A stretch of 64,000 nt of DNA from Stenotrophomonas sp. (lineage in GTDB: Bacteria > Pseudomonadota > Gammaproteobacteria > Xanthomonadales > Xanthomonadaceae). This document shows positions 46,386 through 54,574 of this stretch, piece by piece; positions within the stretch are counted from its first letter, which is position 1, and every line of letters starts with the position of its first letter. A program made the position numbers and the translations under genes. The notes under the pieces are model-generated. The model was given only the letters and a program-made list of their open reading frames with translations. It made no database searches and was not told the DNA's origin. The DNA is taken from contig DASWQJ010000174.1 in NCBI GenBank assembly GCA_036403795.1, positions 12,573 through 76,572 on the forward strand, written 5' to 3'.

Positions 46386-48710
46386 ATGATGTCCACCCCC
46401 AGCCCGCTGGGTCACCCCGGGCGTGATCCGCGTCTGTTAGCGCAGGCGAGGGACACGTTCCTGCCCGCACTGTCGCAGGCCTTCGCCGCGGCCGTGGCGC
46501 GCTTTGACGACGTGCTGTTCGACCGCGCGGAGCGGGCGGGTGCGTCGCAACTGCTGTTCCTGGACGGCATGCGCGAACTGCGGCGTCGGCGCGAGGAGAT
46601 CAATTCGCGTTTTCGCAGCCAGATCGAGACCTCCTGGCAATCGCTGGAGCAGGGGCGCCCGCTATCGGCAGAGGCTGCGCTGTCGGGACAGACCGCCACC
46701 GCCGGATCGCTGAGCCTGGTGCCTGAGCACGAACTGGAATCGCGATTGGCGGTACGCAACCTGGCCAGTGTCCTGCAGCGCGAATGCAAGCCGGTGTTGG
46801 CGCTCATCGATCGCCGTCTCGGTTGGATCGCCGGTGGCATGGAACTGGATGCAGACACCAATCCGATCGGCCCCGAGCACATCGGCGTCGCGATCCACGA
46901 AGCCTTCGCCACCAGCGACCTGGCACCGGAAGTGCGCCTGGTCCTGATCAAGCTGTGCGAGCGCGACCTGGCCGAGCCGATCGGCCGGCTGTACCGCGGG
47001 CTCGACGAGTTGCTGGCCAAGGCCGGCGTCATGCCGGAGATCTCGCGGCCACGCAGGCCCGAGGCGCCGTCGCGTCCGCAACAGCGCGAAGAGGCGCCCG
47101 CAGACGGCCCGTTCTCGGCGGGCAACGAAGACGAGTTCAATGATCAACACTCGCCGGCCTGGGCGAGCCGTTTCGTCAACCGTTGGGCCCAGAGCCGTGG
47201 CCGTTTGCAGGCCGCGCAGCGCGATCGCGAGGGCGGAATGGACGAGGCGCCGGGCGAGCATCCCGGTGGCAGTCAGGGCATGTTGCTGGAGGCCCTGCAC
47301 GAATTGCTGCAGCAAACCCGCAACGTGCGCGAGACGACGACGTCGGCTGCGACGGTCGCGGTGGGACAGCAGCGACCGTTGAGCCAGCGGGAGATGATGT
47401 CGGTGCTGTCGCTGCTGCAGGCCACGCCCAGTGCCACGCTGAGCGCGGCGATCGGTGACAACGGCGAATCGCTGGCGCAGCGCCTCAAGAGCGAAGTGCT
47501 TTCCAGCGCCACGCGGTTGGGCGTGGACCCGGCCAGCGCACGCCTGGATCCGATGGACGAGGACGCCATCGACCTGGTCGGCATGTTGTTCGACGTCATG
47601 CTGGACGAGCGCGACCTGGAAGGCCGCTCGCGCGAATTGATCGGCCGGTTGGTGGTGCCCTTCGTCAAGGTCGCCATGCTGGATCGCAAGATGTTCGTGC
47701 AAAAGACCCATCCGGCGCGTCGCCTGCTCAACTCGTTGGCCGAAGCCTGCGAAGGCAACGGCGGCGACAGCCCGGCCGAACGCGTGCTGATGGGCAAGGT
47801 TGAAGAAATCATCGAGCGCCTGGTGGCCGAGTTCAACGAGAACCTGGCGATCTTCCTGACGCTGGAAGAGGAGTTCCGCGACTTCCTGGCCCAGCACCGT
47901 CGTCGTATCGAAATCGCCGAACGCCGTGCCGCCGAAACCCAGCGCGGCCAGGAAAAACTGGAATTGGCCCGCACCCGGGCACAGGCCGAGTTGGACAAGC
48001 GCGGCACCGTCGCTAACTTGCCCAAGGCGGTCAACGACTTCCTTTGCCAGCCCTGGTTGCATCACCTGACCATGTCGATCCTGCGCGATGGCGAGGAGGG
48101 CCCTGCCGTGAATGAGGCGCTGGCGTTGGCCGACGGCGTGCTCGAGGAGTTGGGCGAAGCGCGCCGGCACATCGTCGGCAAGCCCTGGTTGCAGGCCTGG
48201 GAACCGGCCTTGGTCAAGGTCTTTGCCAGTGTCGGCCTGCATGGCGATGCTGGCCAGGTGGCCATCGGTGCGCTGCACGACACGTTGCAGGCGGTGGCCG
48301 AGGCGCGCCCGGACCTGGAGAAGTCGTTGCCGGAACTGCCGCAGGTGAGCCTGCCGCAGCCGCCGGCCGCCGAACCCGTCGGGGTGGAGTTGGGTGCGGA
48401 GGCGACGCTCGAGGATTTCGACAATGCCGACGCCGACCGATTCCGCGCGATGGCGATCGGCACGTGGCTGGATTTCGTCGACAAGGACGGCAAAGTGCAG
48501 GCAGGCAAGCTGTCGTGGGTGAGCCCGATCTCTTCACGCCTGCTGTTCGTCAACCGTCGCGGCGTGCGCTTCTGCGTGGCCGCGCCGGAAGAATTGGCAG
48601 TGATGGTGCGCCTGGGTCGTCTGCGCACGCATATCAACGACGGTGCGTTCGACAGTGCGATGCAAGGCGTGATCGACCGCCTCGATCCGCAGACCAGCAC
48701 CGTCCACTGA
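46386..48710 (+). CDS. DUF1631-type large protein, paralogue B (774 aa)
   Basis: Same block order as paralogue A (LSLVPEHELESRLAVRNLA ... AIGTWLDFVDKDGKVQAGKLSWVSPISSRLLFVNRRG). The start is taken at ATGATG 46386. The ORF is open from 46131. Confidence 0.75.
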   Translation: MMSTPSPLGHPGRDPRLLAQARDTFLPALSQAFAAAVARFDDVLFDRAERAGASQLLFLDGMRELRRRREEINSRFRSQIETSWQSLEQGRPLSAEAALSGQTATAGSLSLVPEHELESRLAVRNLASVLQRECKPVLALIDRRLGWIAGGMELDADTNPIGPEHIGVAIHEAFATSDLAPEVRLVLIKLCERDLAEPIGRLYRGLDELLAKAGVMPEISRPRRPEAPSRPQQREEAPADGPFSAGNEDEFNDQHSPAWASRFVNRWAQSRGRLQAAQRDREGGMDEAPGEHPGGSQGMLLEALHELLQQTRNVRETTTSAATVAVGQQRPLSQREMMSVLSLLQATPSATLSAAIGDNGESLAQRLKSEVLSSATRLGVDPASARLDPMDEDAIDLVGMLFDVMLDERDLEGRSRELIGRLVVPFVKVAMLDRKMFVQKTHPARRLLNSLAEACEGNGGDSPAERVLMGKVEEIIERLVAEFNENLAIFLTLEEEFRDFLAQHRRRIEIAERRAAETQRGQEKLELARTRAQAELDKRGTVANLPKAVNDFLCQPWLHHLTMSILRDGEEGPAVNEALALADGVLEELGEARRHIVGKPWLQAWEPALVKVFASVGLHGDAGQVAIGALHDTLQAVAEARPDLEKSLPELPQVSLPQPPAAEPVGVELGAEATLEDFDNADADRFRAMAIGTWLDFVDKDGKVQAGKLSWVSPISSRLLFVNRRGVRFCVAAPEELAVMVRLGRLRTHINDGAFDSAMQGVIDRLDPQTSTVH

Positions 48711-48775
48711 CGCGGTCCCGGTCTGCGGGCCGCGTTTGCTAGGATCGGCCGCACAATCACCGGCAAGGGAAACGC

Positions 48776-49852
48776 ATGGCTGTGCAGGTGCAGGTCTTGA
48801 AGGAACACGCGCCGGGCGAGCGCCGGGTGGCGGCGACGCCGGAAACGGTCAAGAAACTCGTTGCCCTGGGCGCGGAGGTGTCGGTCCAGGCCGATGCCGG
48901 TGTCGCAGCAGGGTTCGATGACGCCGCCTACGTGGCCGCCGGGGCTGTCATTGCCGCGCCCGGCAGCGTCGGCCAGGCGGGACTGGTGATGTGCGTGCAA
49001 TGCCCCGCTGCCGAGGTCTTGCAGCAGCTGGGCCTCGGCGCCGCCTTGGTCGGCCTGCTTTACCCGGACGCGGACCCCGCGCGGATCGACGCGTTGCGGG
49101 CCCGGCAACTGGTGGTGTTTCCGCTGGAGCGACTGCCGCGCACTACGCGCGCGCAGTCGATGGACGTGTTGAGTTCGCAGGCGGGCATGGCCGGCTACAA
49201 GGCGGCACTGATCGGCGCCGAGCTGGCGCCGCGCTTTTTCCCGATGCTGACCACCGCCGCCGGCACGATCCGTCCCTCGAAGGTGTTGGTGATCGGCGCT
49301 GGCGTGGCGGGGTTGCAAGCCATTGCCACCGCGCGCCGCCTGGGCGCGCAGGTCGAAGGTTTCGACGTGCGGCCTGAAACGCGTGAGCAAATCGAGTCGC
49401 TGGGTGGCAGGTTCCTGGACCTGGGCGTAAGCGCGGCCGGAGAGGGCGGCTATGCGCGTGCGCTGAGCGAGGACGAGCGCGCCGAGCAGCAGCGGCGTTT
49501 GGCGGACCATCTTCGCAGTGTGGATGTAGTGATCTGCACGGCAGCGGTGCCCGGACGACCGGCACCCAAGATCCTCACCGCAGCCATGGTGGCGGGCATG
49601 CGGGCGGGCAGCGTCATCGTGGACCTGGCGGCCGAGACCGGCGGCAACTGCGAGCTGACCCGTCCCGGCGAGACGTATGTGCAAGCTGGAGTGACGATCG
49701 CAGGTCCATTGGACCTGGCCAGCCTGGGTGCGGTCCATGCCAGTGAAATGTTCTCGCGCAACAGCTTGAACTTCGTCGCGCTGTTCCTGCGCGAAGGGCA
49801 GTTGGCTTTCGACTGGGAAGACGAACTGCTGGCCAAGACGCGCTGGCACTGA
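48776..49852 (+). CDS. pntAA: NAD(P) transhydrogenase subunit alpha, part 1 (dI)
   Basis: Alanine-dehydrogenase-like dI domain: RVAATPETVKKL, VLVIGAGVAGLQAIATARRLGA, and LTRPGE. Confidence 0.92.
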   Translation: MAVQVQVLKEHAPGERRVAATPETVKKLVALGAEVSVQADAGVAAGFDDAAYVAAGAVIAAPGSVGQAGLVMCVQCPAAEVLQQLGLGAALVGLLYPDADPARIDALRARQLVVFPLERLPRTTRAQSMDVLSSQAGMAGYKAALIGAELAPRFFPMLTTAAGTIRPSKVLVIGAGVAGLQAIATARRLGAQVEGFDVRPETREQIESLGGRFLDLGVSAAGEGGYARALSEDERAEQQRRLADHLRSVDVVICTAAVPGRPAPKILTAAMVAGMRAGSVIVDLAAETGGNCELTRPGETYVQAGVTIAGPLDLASLGAVHASEMFSRNSLNFVALFLREGQLAFDWEDELLAKTRWH

Positions 49853-49873
49853 GCGATCCGGTCATGCGGGCCG

Positions 49874-49896
49874 GGCGGCTTGCAAAGCAGGCCGCC
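49874..49896 (+). terminator. Hairpin downstream of pntAA
   Basis: 10-bp stem ggcggcttgc/gcaggccgcc (one G-U pair), loop aaa, 22 nt after the pntAA stop. No T tract. Confidence 0.4.
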
Positions 49897-49973
49897 TGGA
49901 CGCCTACCGATCCTGGTGCTCTGCGCTTGTCAGTGGGGGCCGCAGCGACGCGAGCCGCGTGCCCGCGTGCGGT

Positions 49974-50432
49974 TCAGTGATCGTCGCCGTCGTCGTGGGT
50001 ACGCACCCAGTCCTGGCGCTGCTGCGCCGTCATCGTTTTCCAGCGTTCGCGCAGCGCGTCGCGCTGCACTGGATCGAGCTTGCGCATCTGTTCGAACAGC
50101 ACCTTGGCCTCGCGGCGCTGCTGCGGCGACATGTGTTCGAACCGGCGCATGCCGTCGGCGGCCTGGCGGCGTTGGTCCGGTGTCATTGCCTGCCAACGCT
50201 CGGCGTGTCGATACATGCGAGCGCGTTGGTCAGGCGTGTCGTTCCAGCGCTGACGCAGTGAAGCGATCAATAGCTCCCGCTGCGCCGGGGTCAGGTGCTC
50301 CCAGTCGGGCATTGGCACGACCGGACCGTCTGGCGGCCGGGGCCCAGGCGGCCCGGATGGCCGAGCCTGGGCCGCGGCCAGCGGTGCGACAGCCAGCAAC
50401 ACCGCCAGCAAAAGTAGGGTGGGGGTCTTCAT
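49974..50432 (-). CDS. Secreted DUF3106-type repeat protein
   Basis: Signal peptide, then six [TSD][PA]xQR repeats (LTPAQRE, DTPDQRA, MTPDQRR, MSPQQRR, LDPVQRD, MTAQQRQ). ATGA overlap with the upstream gene. Confidence 0.7.
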   Translation of the reverse strand: MKTPTLLLLAVLLAVAPLAAAQARPSGPPGPRPPDGPVVPMPDWEHLTPAQRELLIASLRQRWNDTPDQRARMYRHAERWQAMTPDQRRQAADGMRRFEHMSPQQRREAKVLFEQMRKLDPVQRDALRERWKTMTAQQRQDWVRTHDDGDDH

Positions 50433-50815
50433 CGGGTCTGCTCCATGGCCAGCGCACCGTCAGACGCCAGCCAGACGTACAGGTCGGGGTTTTGTTCGAA
50501 CACTTCTTCACCGTCGGCGCTGGCCACCGTGGATGTCGAAACAGGGGACGGAACAGGCGTGTTCAGGTGCACTCCCAGTCCCACCGCCAACACGGCCGAA
50601 CATGCCGTGGCCAGCCACCAGGCACTCCGATGGCGCACCTTGCCGTGCGAATGCACGGTCGTTGCCTGGTGACGCGCTGCGCGAAGTCGCGCCAGTGTGG
50701 CGGGACCCAGGTGGCCGAGCGCGACATCGTGCAGTTGTCGGGCCTGGGCATCGAAATCCCGGCCCGGGTCGTGGGGCCTGCCTTCGTGGGACGTGCGCTG
50801 ATGGGGAGTGTTCAC
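50429..50815 (-). CDS. Single-pass membrane protein, DUF3619-type (putative anti-sigma factor)
   Basis: The GTG start overlaps the sigma-factor stop (GTGA). One TM segment (WWLATACSAVLAVGLGV). Its position directly after an ECF sigma gene fits an anti-sigma role. Confidence 0.65.
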   Translation of the reverse strand: MNTPHQRTSHEGRPHDPGRDFDAQARQLHDVALGHLGPATLARLRAARHQATTVHSHGKVRHRSAWWLATACSAVLAVGLGVHLNTPVPSPVSTSTVASADGEEVFEQNPDLYVWLASDGALAMEQTR

Positions 50816-51369
50816 CGGAATTCCTCAAGCTGCTTCTGCAAGGCCTCGCGGGCCCGCGATAGGTGGGTCTTGACCGAACCTTCCGAGCAGCCCATCGCCT
50901 TTGCGGTGGTGGCCACGTCCAGTTCTTCCAGCACCCGCAGGGTAAATGCCTCGCGTTGCCGGGCGGGCAGCCCGCGCAGCGCCTGGACCAGGCGCTGATA
51001 GGCTTCCCGTCGATCCTGTTGTTCGGCAGGGCCGGCGGCGCTGTCGGCCCAGTCGATCCGGCTGTCGGCGTCTTCATCGCCGGCAGGCGCCCAGAAGCGC
51101 AGGCGGAAGCCCCGCCGCCGCTGCACGTCGATGATGCGGCTGCGCAGGATGCTCCAGAACAGCGGCGTCCACTCCTCGGCGGGCCGCTGTTGATAGGCCA
51201 ACAGCTTGACCATCGCGTCCTGCACGGCGTCCATCGCATCCTCGCGGTGCCGCAAGCCGGCTTCGGCAAAGCGGAACGCGCGCGGCCCGATCCCGGCCAG
51301 GAACGCATCGAGCGAGGCTGGCGCGGGAGGTGCCCGGGTCTGCGGATCAAGAGGTGTGCCCACCAACAC
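50812..51369 (-). CDS. ECF-type RNA polymerase sigma-70 family factor
   Basis: Region 2 (DAMDAVQDAMVKLL...WTPLFWSILRSRIIDVQRRR) and the region 4 HTH (LPARQREAFTLRVLEELDVATTAKAMGCSEGSVKTHLSRAREAL). The start is uncertain. The GTG at 51369 has GGGAAG 7 nt upstream. The ORF is open to a TTG at 51417. Confidence 0.82.
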   Translation of the reverse strand: MLVGTPLDPQTRAPPAPASLDAFLAGIGPRAFRFAEAGLRHREDAMDAVQDAMVKLLAYQQRPAEEWTPLFWSILRSRIIDVQRRRGFRLRFWAPAGDEDADSRIDWADSAAGPAEQQDRREAYQRLVQALRGLPARQREAFTLRVLEELDVATTAKAMGCSEGSVKTHLSRAREALQKQLEEFR

Positions 51370-51489
51370 AGGGTAGCTTCCCGTTCGGAATACCTGGTCA
51401 ACGCGCCAGGGCGGCAAGGGTTGACCGCCTGCCGTCCTGTTCAGACATGGTTATGATGCGGCCACTTCCCCGAATGGAGTAGATGGGCA

Positions 51490-51810
51490 ATGGGCGACGG
51501 CTTCGTGGCGCTTTACATCTTCATGCTGGCGGCGATCGCCGGGCACGTGATCATCTCCAGGGTGCCGGTGATCCTGCATACCCCCCTGATGTCGGGCTCC
51601 AATTTCATCCACGGCATCGTGTTGATCGGGGCGATCGTCGTGCTCGGGCATGCCGACACGACGCTCGAAAAAGCCCTGGGGTTCCTCGCGGTGCTGCTCG
51701 GTGCCGGCAATGCAGCCGGTGGCTATGTGGTCACCGAACGGATGCTGGAGATGTTCAGGCCCAGCGGCAAGCCAAAGCCCGCCCAGCGCCGTCCGGGAGA
51801 AGACGCTTGA
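51490..51810 (+). CDS. pntAB: NAD(P) transhydrogenase subunit alpha, part 2 (membrane dII-alpha)
   Basis: 106-aa three-TM protein with PLMSGSNFIHGIVLIGA and GAGNAAGGYVVTERML. Confidence 0.9.
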   Translation: MGDGFVALYIFMLAAIAGHVIISRVPVILHTPLMSGSNFIHGIVLIGAIVVLGHADTTLEKALGFLAVLLGAGNAAGGYVVTERMLEMFRPSGKPKPAQRRPGEDA

Positions 51811-51812
51811 AC

Positions 51813-53264
51813 GTGACCACCGCGCAGTTGCTCGACGCGCTGGTCAAGACCAGCTACCTGGTCGCCGCCACGTTGTTCCTGCTGGGCCTGCAGCGGATGG
51901 CCTCGCCGCTGACCGCGCGCAGCGGCATACGCTGGGCCGGCATGGGCATGTTGATTGCCACCGTGGCGACGTTCTTCCTGCCCGAGTTGCACAACATCCC
52001 GCTGATCCTGGTGGCATTGGCCATCGGCACCGGTGCGGCCTGGTGGTCGGCCAAGAAGGTGGCCATCACCGACATGCCGCAGATGGTGGCGTTGTACAAC
52101 GGCATGGGCGGCGGTTCGGCGGCCGCGATCGGCGCGGTGGAATTGTTGAGGTTCGCCTTCCTGGCCCATCGCGACACTTCGCACTGGAGTGCGGGGGCAA
52201 TCGCGGACCTGGCCGCGCGCCAGCCCGGCGCGGTGATCATCACGCTGGCCGTCATCGGTGCAGCCATCGGTGCGGTGTCGCTGTCGGGCTCGATCATCGC
52301 CTGGGCCAAGCTCGACGGCCGGCTGGATCGGCGCGTCACCTTCCCCGCCCAGCAGGCGTTGAATCTGCTGGTGGCGCTATTAGTGGTCGTGCTCGGTCTC
52401 TGGGCGGCGATTTCGTTGCAGCCGGCGGTCATCATCGCCTTCTTCGTCGCGGCGTTGGCGCTGGGCGTGCTGATGACGCTGCCCATCGGCGGCGCCGACA
52501 TGCCGGTGGTGATCTCGCTCTATAACGCCTTCACTGGCCTGGCGGTGGCTTTCGAAGGTTACGTGCTGGGCAACGAAGCGCTGATCATCGCCGGCATGAT
52601 GGTGGGTGCGGCGGGCATCCTGCTCACGCGGCTGATGGCCAAGGCGATGAACCGGCCGATCCGCAACGTGCTGTTCTCCAACTTCGGTGGCGGCGGCCAA
52701 GGCCAGGCGATCGAAGGCGCGCAAAAGGCAACCGAGGCGGCCGATGCGGCGGCGATGATGGCCTTTGCCGAGCGCGTGGTGATCGTGCCCGGCTACGGCC
52801 TGGCCGTGGCGCAGGCGCAGCACAAGATCTGGGAACTGGCGCAACGGTTGATTGCCCGCGGGGTGAAGGTGAAGTTCGCGATCCATCCCGTCGCCGGTCG
52901 CATGCCCGGCCACATGAACGTGCTGCTGGCCGAAGCCGGCGTGCCTTACGACCTGATCGCCGACATGGATGACATCAATCCGGAATTCGCCAGCACCGAC
53001 GTCTCGCTGGTGATCGGGGCCAACGATGTCGTCAACCCGGTGGCAAAGACCGATCCGACCAGCCCGATCTATGGGATGCCGATCCTGGACGTGGTGAATT
53101 CGAAGAATGTCATCGTCATCAAGCGCGGCAAGGGCACCGGCTTTGCCGGGATCGAGAACGCGCTTTTCTACTCGGACAACACCCGCATGTTGTACGGCGA
53201 CGGCGCCGAAGCGGCCGGCGCCCTGGTCAGCGAGCTGAAGGCGCTGGAGGGCGGCGGGCACTAG
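51813..53264 (+). CDS. pntB: NAD(P) transhydrogenase subunit beta
   Basis: GTG start (a TTG at 51807 is also possible). Membrane dII followed by dIII (VIVPGYGLAVAQAQH, HPVAGRMPGHMNVLLAEA, GANDVVNP). Confidence 0.93.
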   Translation: MTTAQLLDALVKTSYLVAATLFLLGLQRMASPLTARSGIRWAGMGMLIATVATFFLPELHNIPLILVALAIGTGAAWWSAKKVAITDMPQMVALYNGMGGGSAAAIGAVELLRFAFLAHRDTSHWSAGAIADLAARQPGAVIITLAVIGAAIGAVSLSGSIIAWAKLDGRLDRRVTFPAQQALNLLVALLVVVLGLWAAISLQPAVIIAFFVAALALGVLMTLPIGGADMPVVISLYNAFTGLAVAFEGYVLGNEALIIAGMMVGAAGILLTRLMAKAMNRPIRNVLFSNFGGGGQGQAIEGAQKATEAADAAAMMAFAERVVIVPGYGLAVAQAQHKIWELAQRLIARGVKVKFAIHPVAGRMPGHMNVLLAEAGVPYDLIADMDDINPEFASTDVSLVIGANDVVNPVAKTDPTSPIYGMPILDVVNSKNVIVIKRGKGTGFAGIENALFYSDNTRMLYGDGAEAAGALVSELKALEGGGH

Positions 53265-53346
53265 TTCGCCTCAAGGCCCGGAGCCAACCGGGCGATGGGC
53301 GCTCAACCAAACGCTACCGCGGGCGTGAGCGGCGGGGCCTGGATCG

Positions 53347-53766
53347 TCAGCGCGAGATCCAGGCCGCCAAACCCAGGGCCAGCACGTAGCACAGCCAGTC
53401 CCAGGTGGAATTGGCGAGCGACAATAGGGTCCAGGCCAAGCCTGCCCCCAGCTTCAGCGACGAGGTCCACGGGTCCAGCCCCATCGCCACGCCGATATGC
53501 GCAGCGGCGATGGCCCAATTGGCCGCTACGACCACCAGCGCGGTGGCGACGACGGCCACGAGGACCCGCAGCCGGCCGCCCTGCAAGTTGCCCAGGCGCA
53601 GCATCCAGGCCACTTCCGCGGCGCATAGCAAGGCCATCCACCCGGCCTGGTCGCCCCGGGTCATCGCCACCAGTAGCCAGGCGATGACGGCGGTAACGCA
53701 CCCCAACAGCAAAAGCAGGGGCCAGAGCCAGTGCGCGGTTCTGGCAGACGCGGTCTTGGGGGGCAT
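53347..53766 (-). CDS. Small four-TM membrane protein, unknown function
   Basis: 139 aa with four hydrophobic segments. I recognise no motif. It is convergent with pntB. Confidence 0.5.
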   Translation of the reverse strand: MPPKTASARTAHWLWPLLLLLGCVTAVIAWLLVAMTRGDQAGWMALLCAAEVAWMLRLGNLQGGRLRVLVAVVATALVVVAANWAIAAAHIGVAMGLDPWTSSLKLGAGLAWTLLSLANSTWDWLCYVLALGLAAWISR

Positions 53767-53940
53767 CGGTGGATCCCTGAGGTCGACCTACAGGATAAGG
53801 CCTGCCCGCGTTGCGACCATGGCTCGGAGGTCACGGCCACGGGCGGGACAGCGCATTCCGATACGACGGGATGGGCCGGAGCCGAAATAGCCTTAAAATG
53901 TACGACTTGCTCATCCGGGCTCCGGCCCCATATCCCCCGC

Positions 53941-54492
53941 ATGTATTCCCGCAGCAGCGAACCCGTCCAATTCGAGCGTGACTGCGCCGCCGTCATGGTG
54001 CCGCAAGGCGACGCCGTGACCCTGCCGGCCGGCAGCTACGGCTATATCACCCAGGCGCTGGGCGGCAGCTATACCGTCTTTGTCGAGGGCAATCTGTTCC
54101 GCATTGCCGGCAAGGACGGCGATGCCATCGGCAAGGAACCGCCGCCGGGGCTGGAACTGCCCGGCAACGCGAGCGACGAGGACGTCGAGGCGATGGTCTG
54201 GCAACAGTTGCGGACCTGCTTCGACCCGGAAATTCCTTTCAACATCGTCGATCTGGGCCTGGTCTACGAGGTGGCGCTCAAGCCGTCCGAAGCCGAAGGG
54301 CGCCTGGTCGAGGTCAAGATGACCTTGACCGCTCCGGGCTGCGGCATGGGCGAGATCCTCATCGACGACGTGCGCAGCAAGCTGGAGCTGATTCCCACCA
54401 TCGCCGAGGCCGACGTGGAGCTGGTTTTTGATCCGCCGTGGGGCCGGCATATGATGTCCGAGGCCGCCCGGCTCGAAACCGGGATGCTCTAA
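53941..54492 (+). CDS. SufT-type DUF59 (MIP18-family) Fe-S cluster assembly protein
   Basis: The C-terminal DUF59 core is DPEIPFNIVDLGLVY...MTLTAPGCGMG. About 80 aa lie N-terminal of it, as in SufT-like proteins. Confidence 0.75.
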   Translation: MYSRSSEPVQFERDCAAVMVPQGDAVTLPAGSYGYITQALGGSYTVFVEGNLFRIAGKDGDAIGKEPPPGLELPGNASDEDVEAMVWQQLRTCFDPEIPFNIVDLGLVYEVALKPSEAEGRLVEVKMTLTAPGCGMGEILIDDVRSKLELIPTIAEADVELVFDPPWGRHMMSEAARLETGML

Positions 54493-54574
54493 GGGGTCCA
54501 GCGCAGTGCGAGGGCCCCGCCGTCGGTGACTCGCCGACGCTTTCCGTCCTCAGCAAACCGCAAGGAATCTCCTG

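Noticed and set aside
46662-49849. 538-aa and 595-aa ORFs on the minus strand (46662-48278 and 48062-49849)
   Set aside because: They are antisense to DUF1631 paralogue B and pntAA. The plus-strand frames carry the conserved blocks, and these do not.
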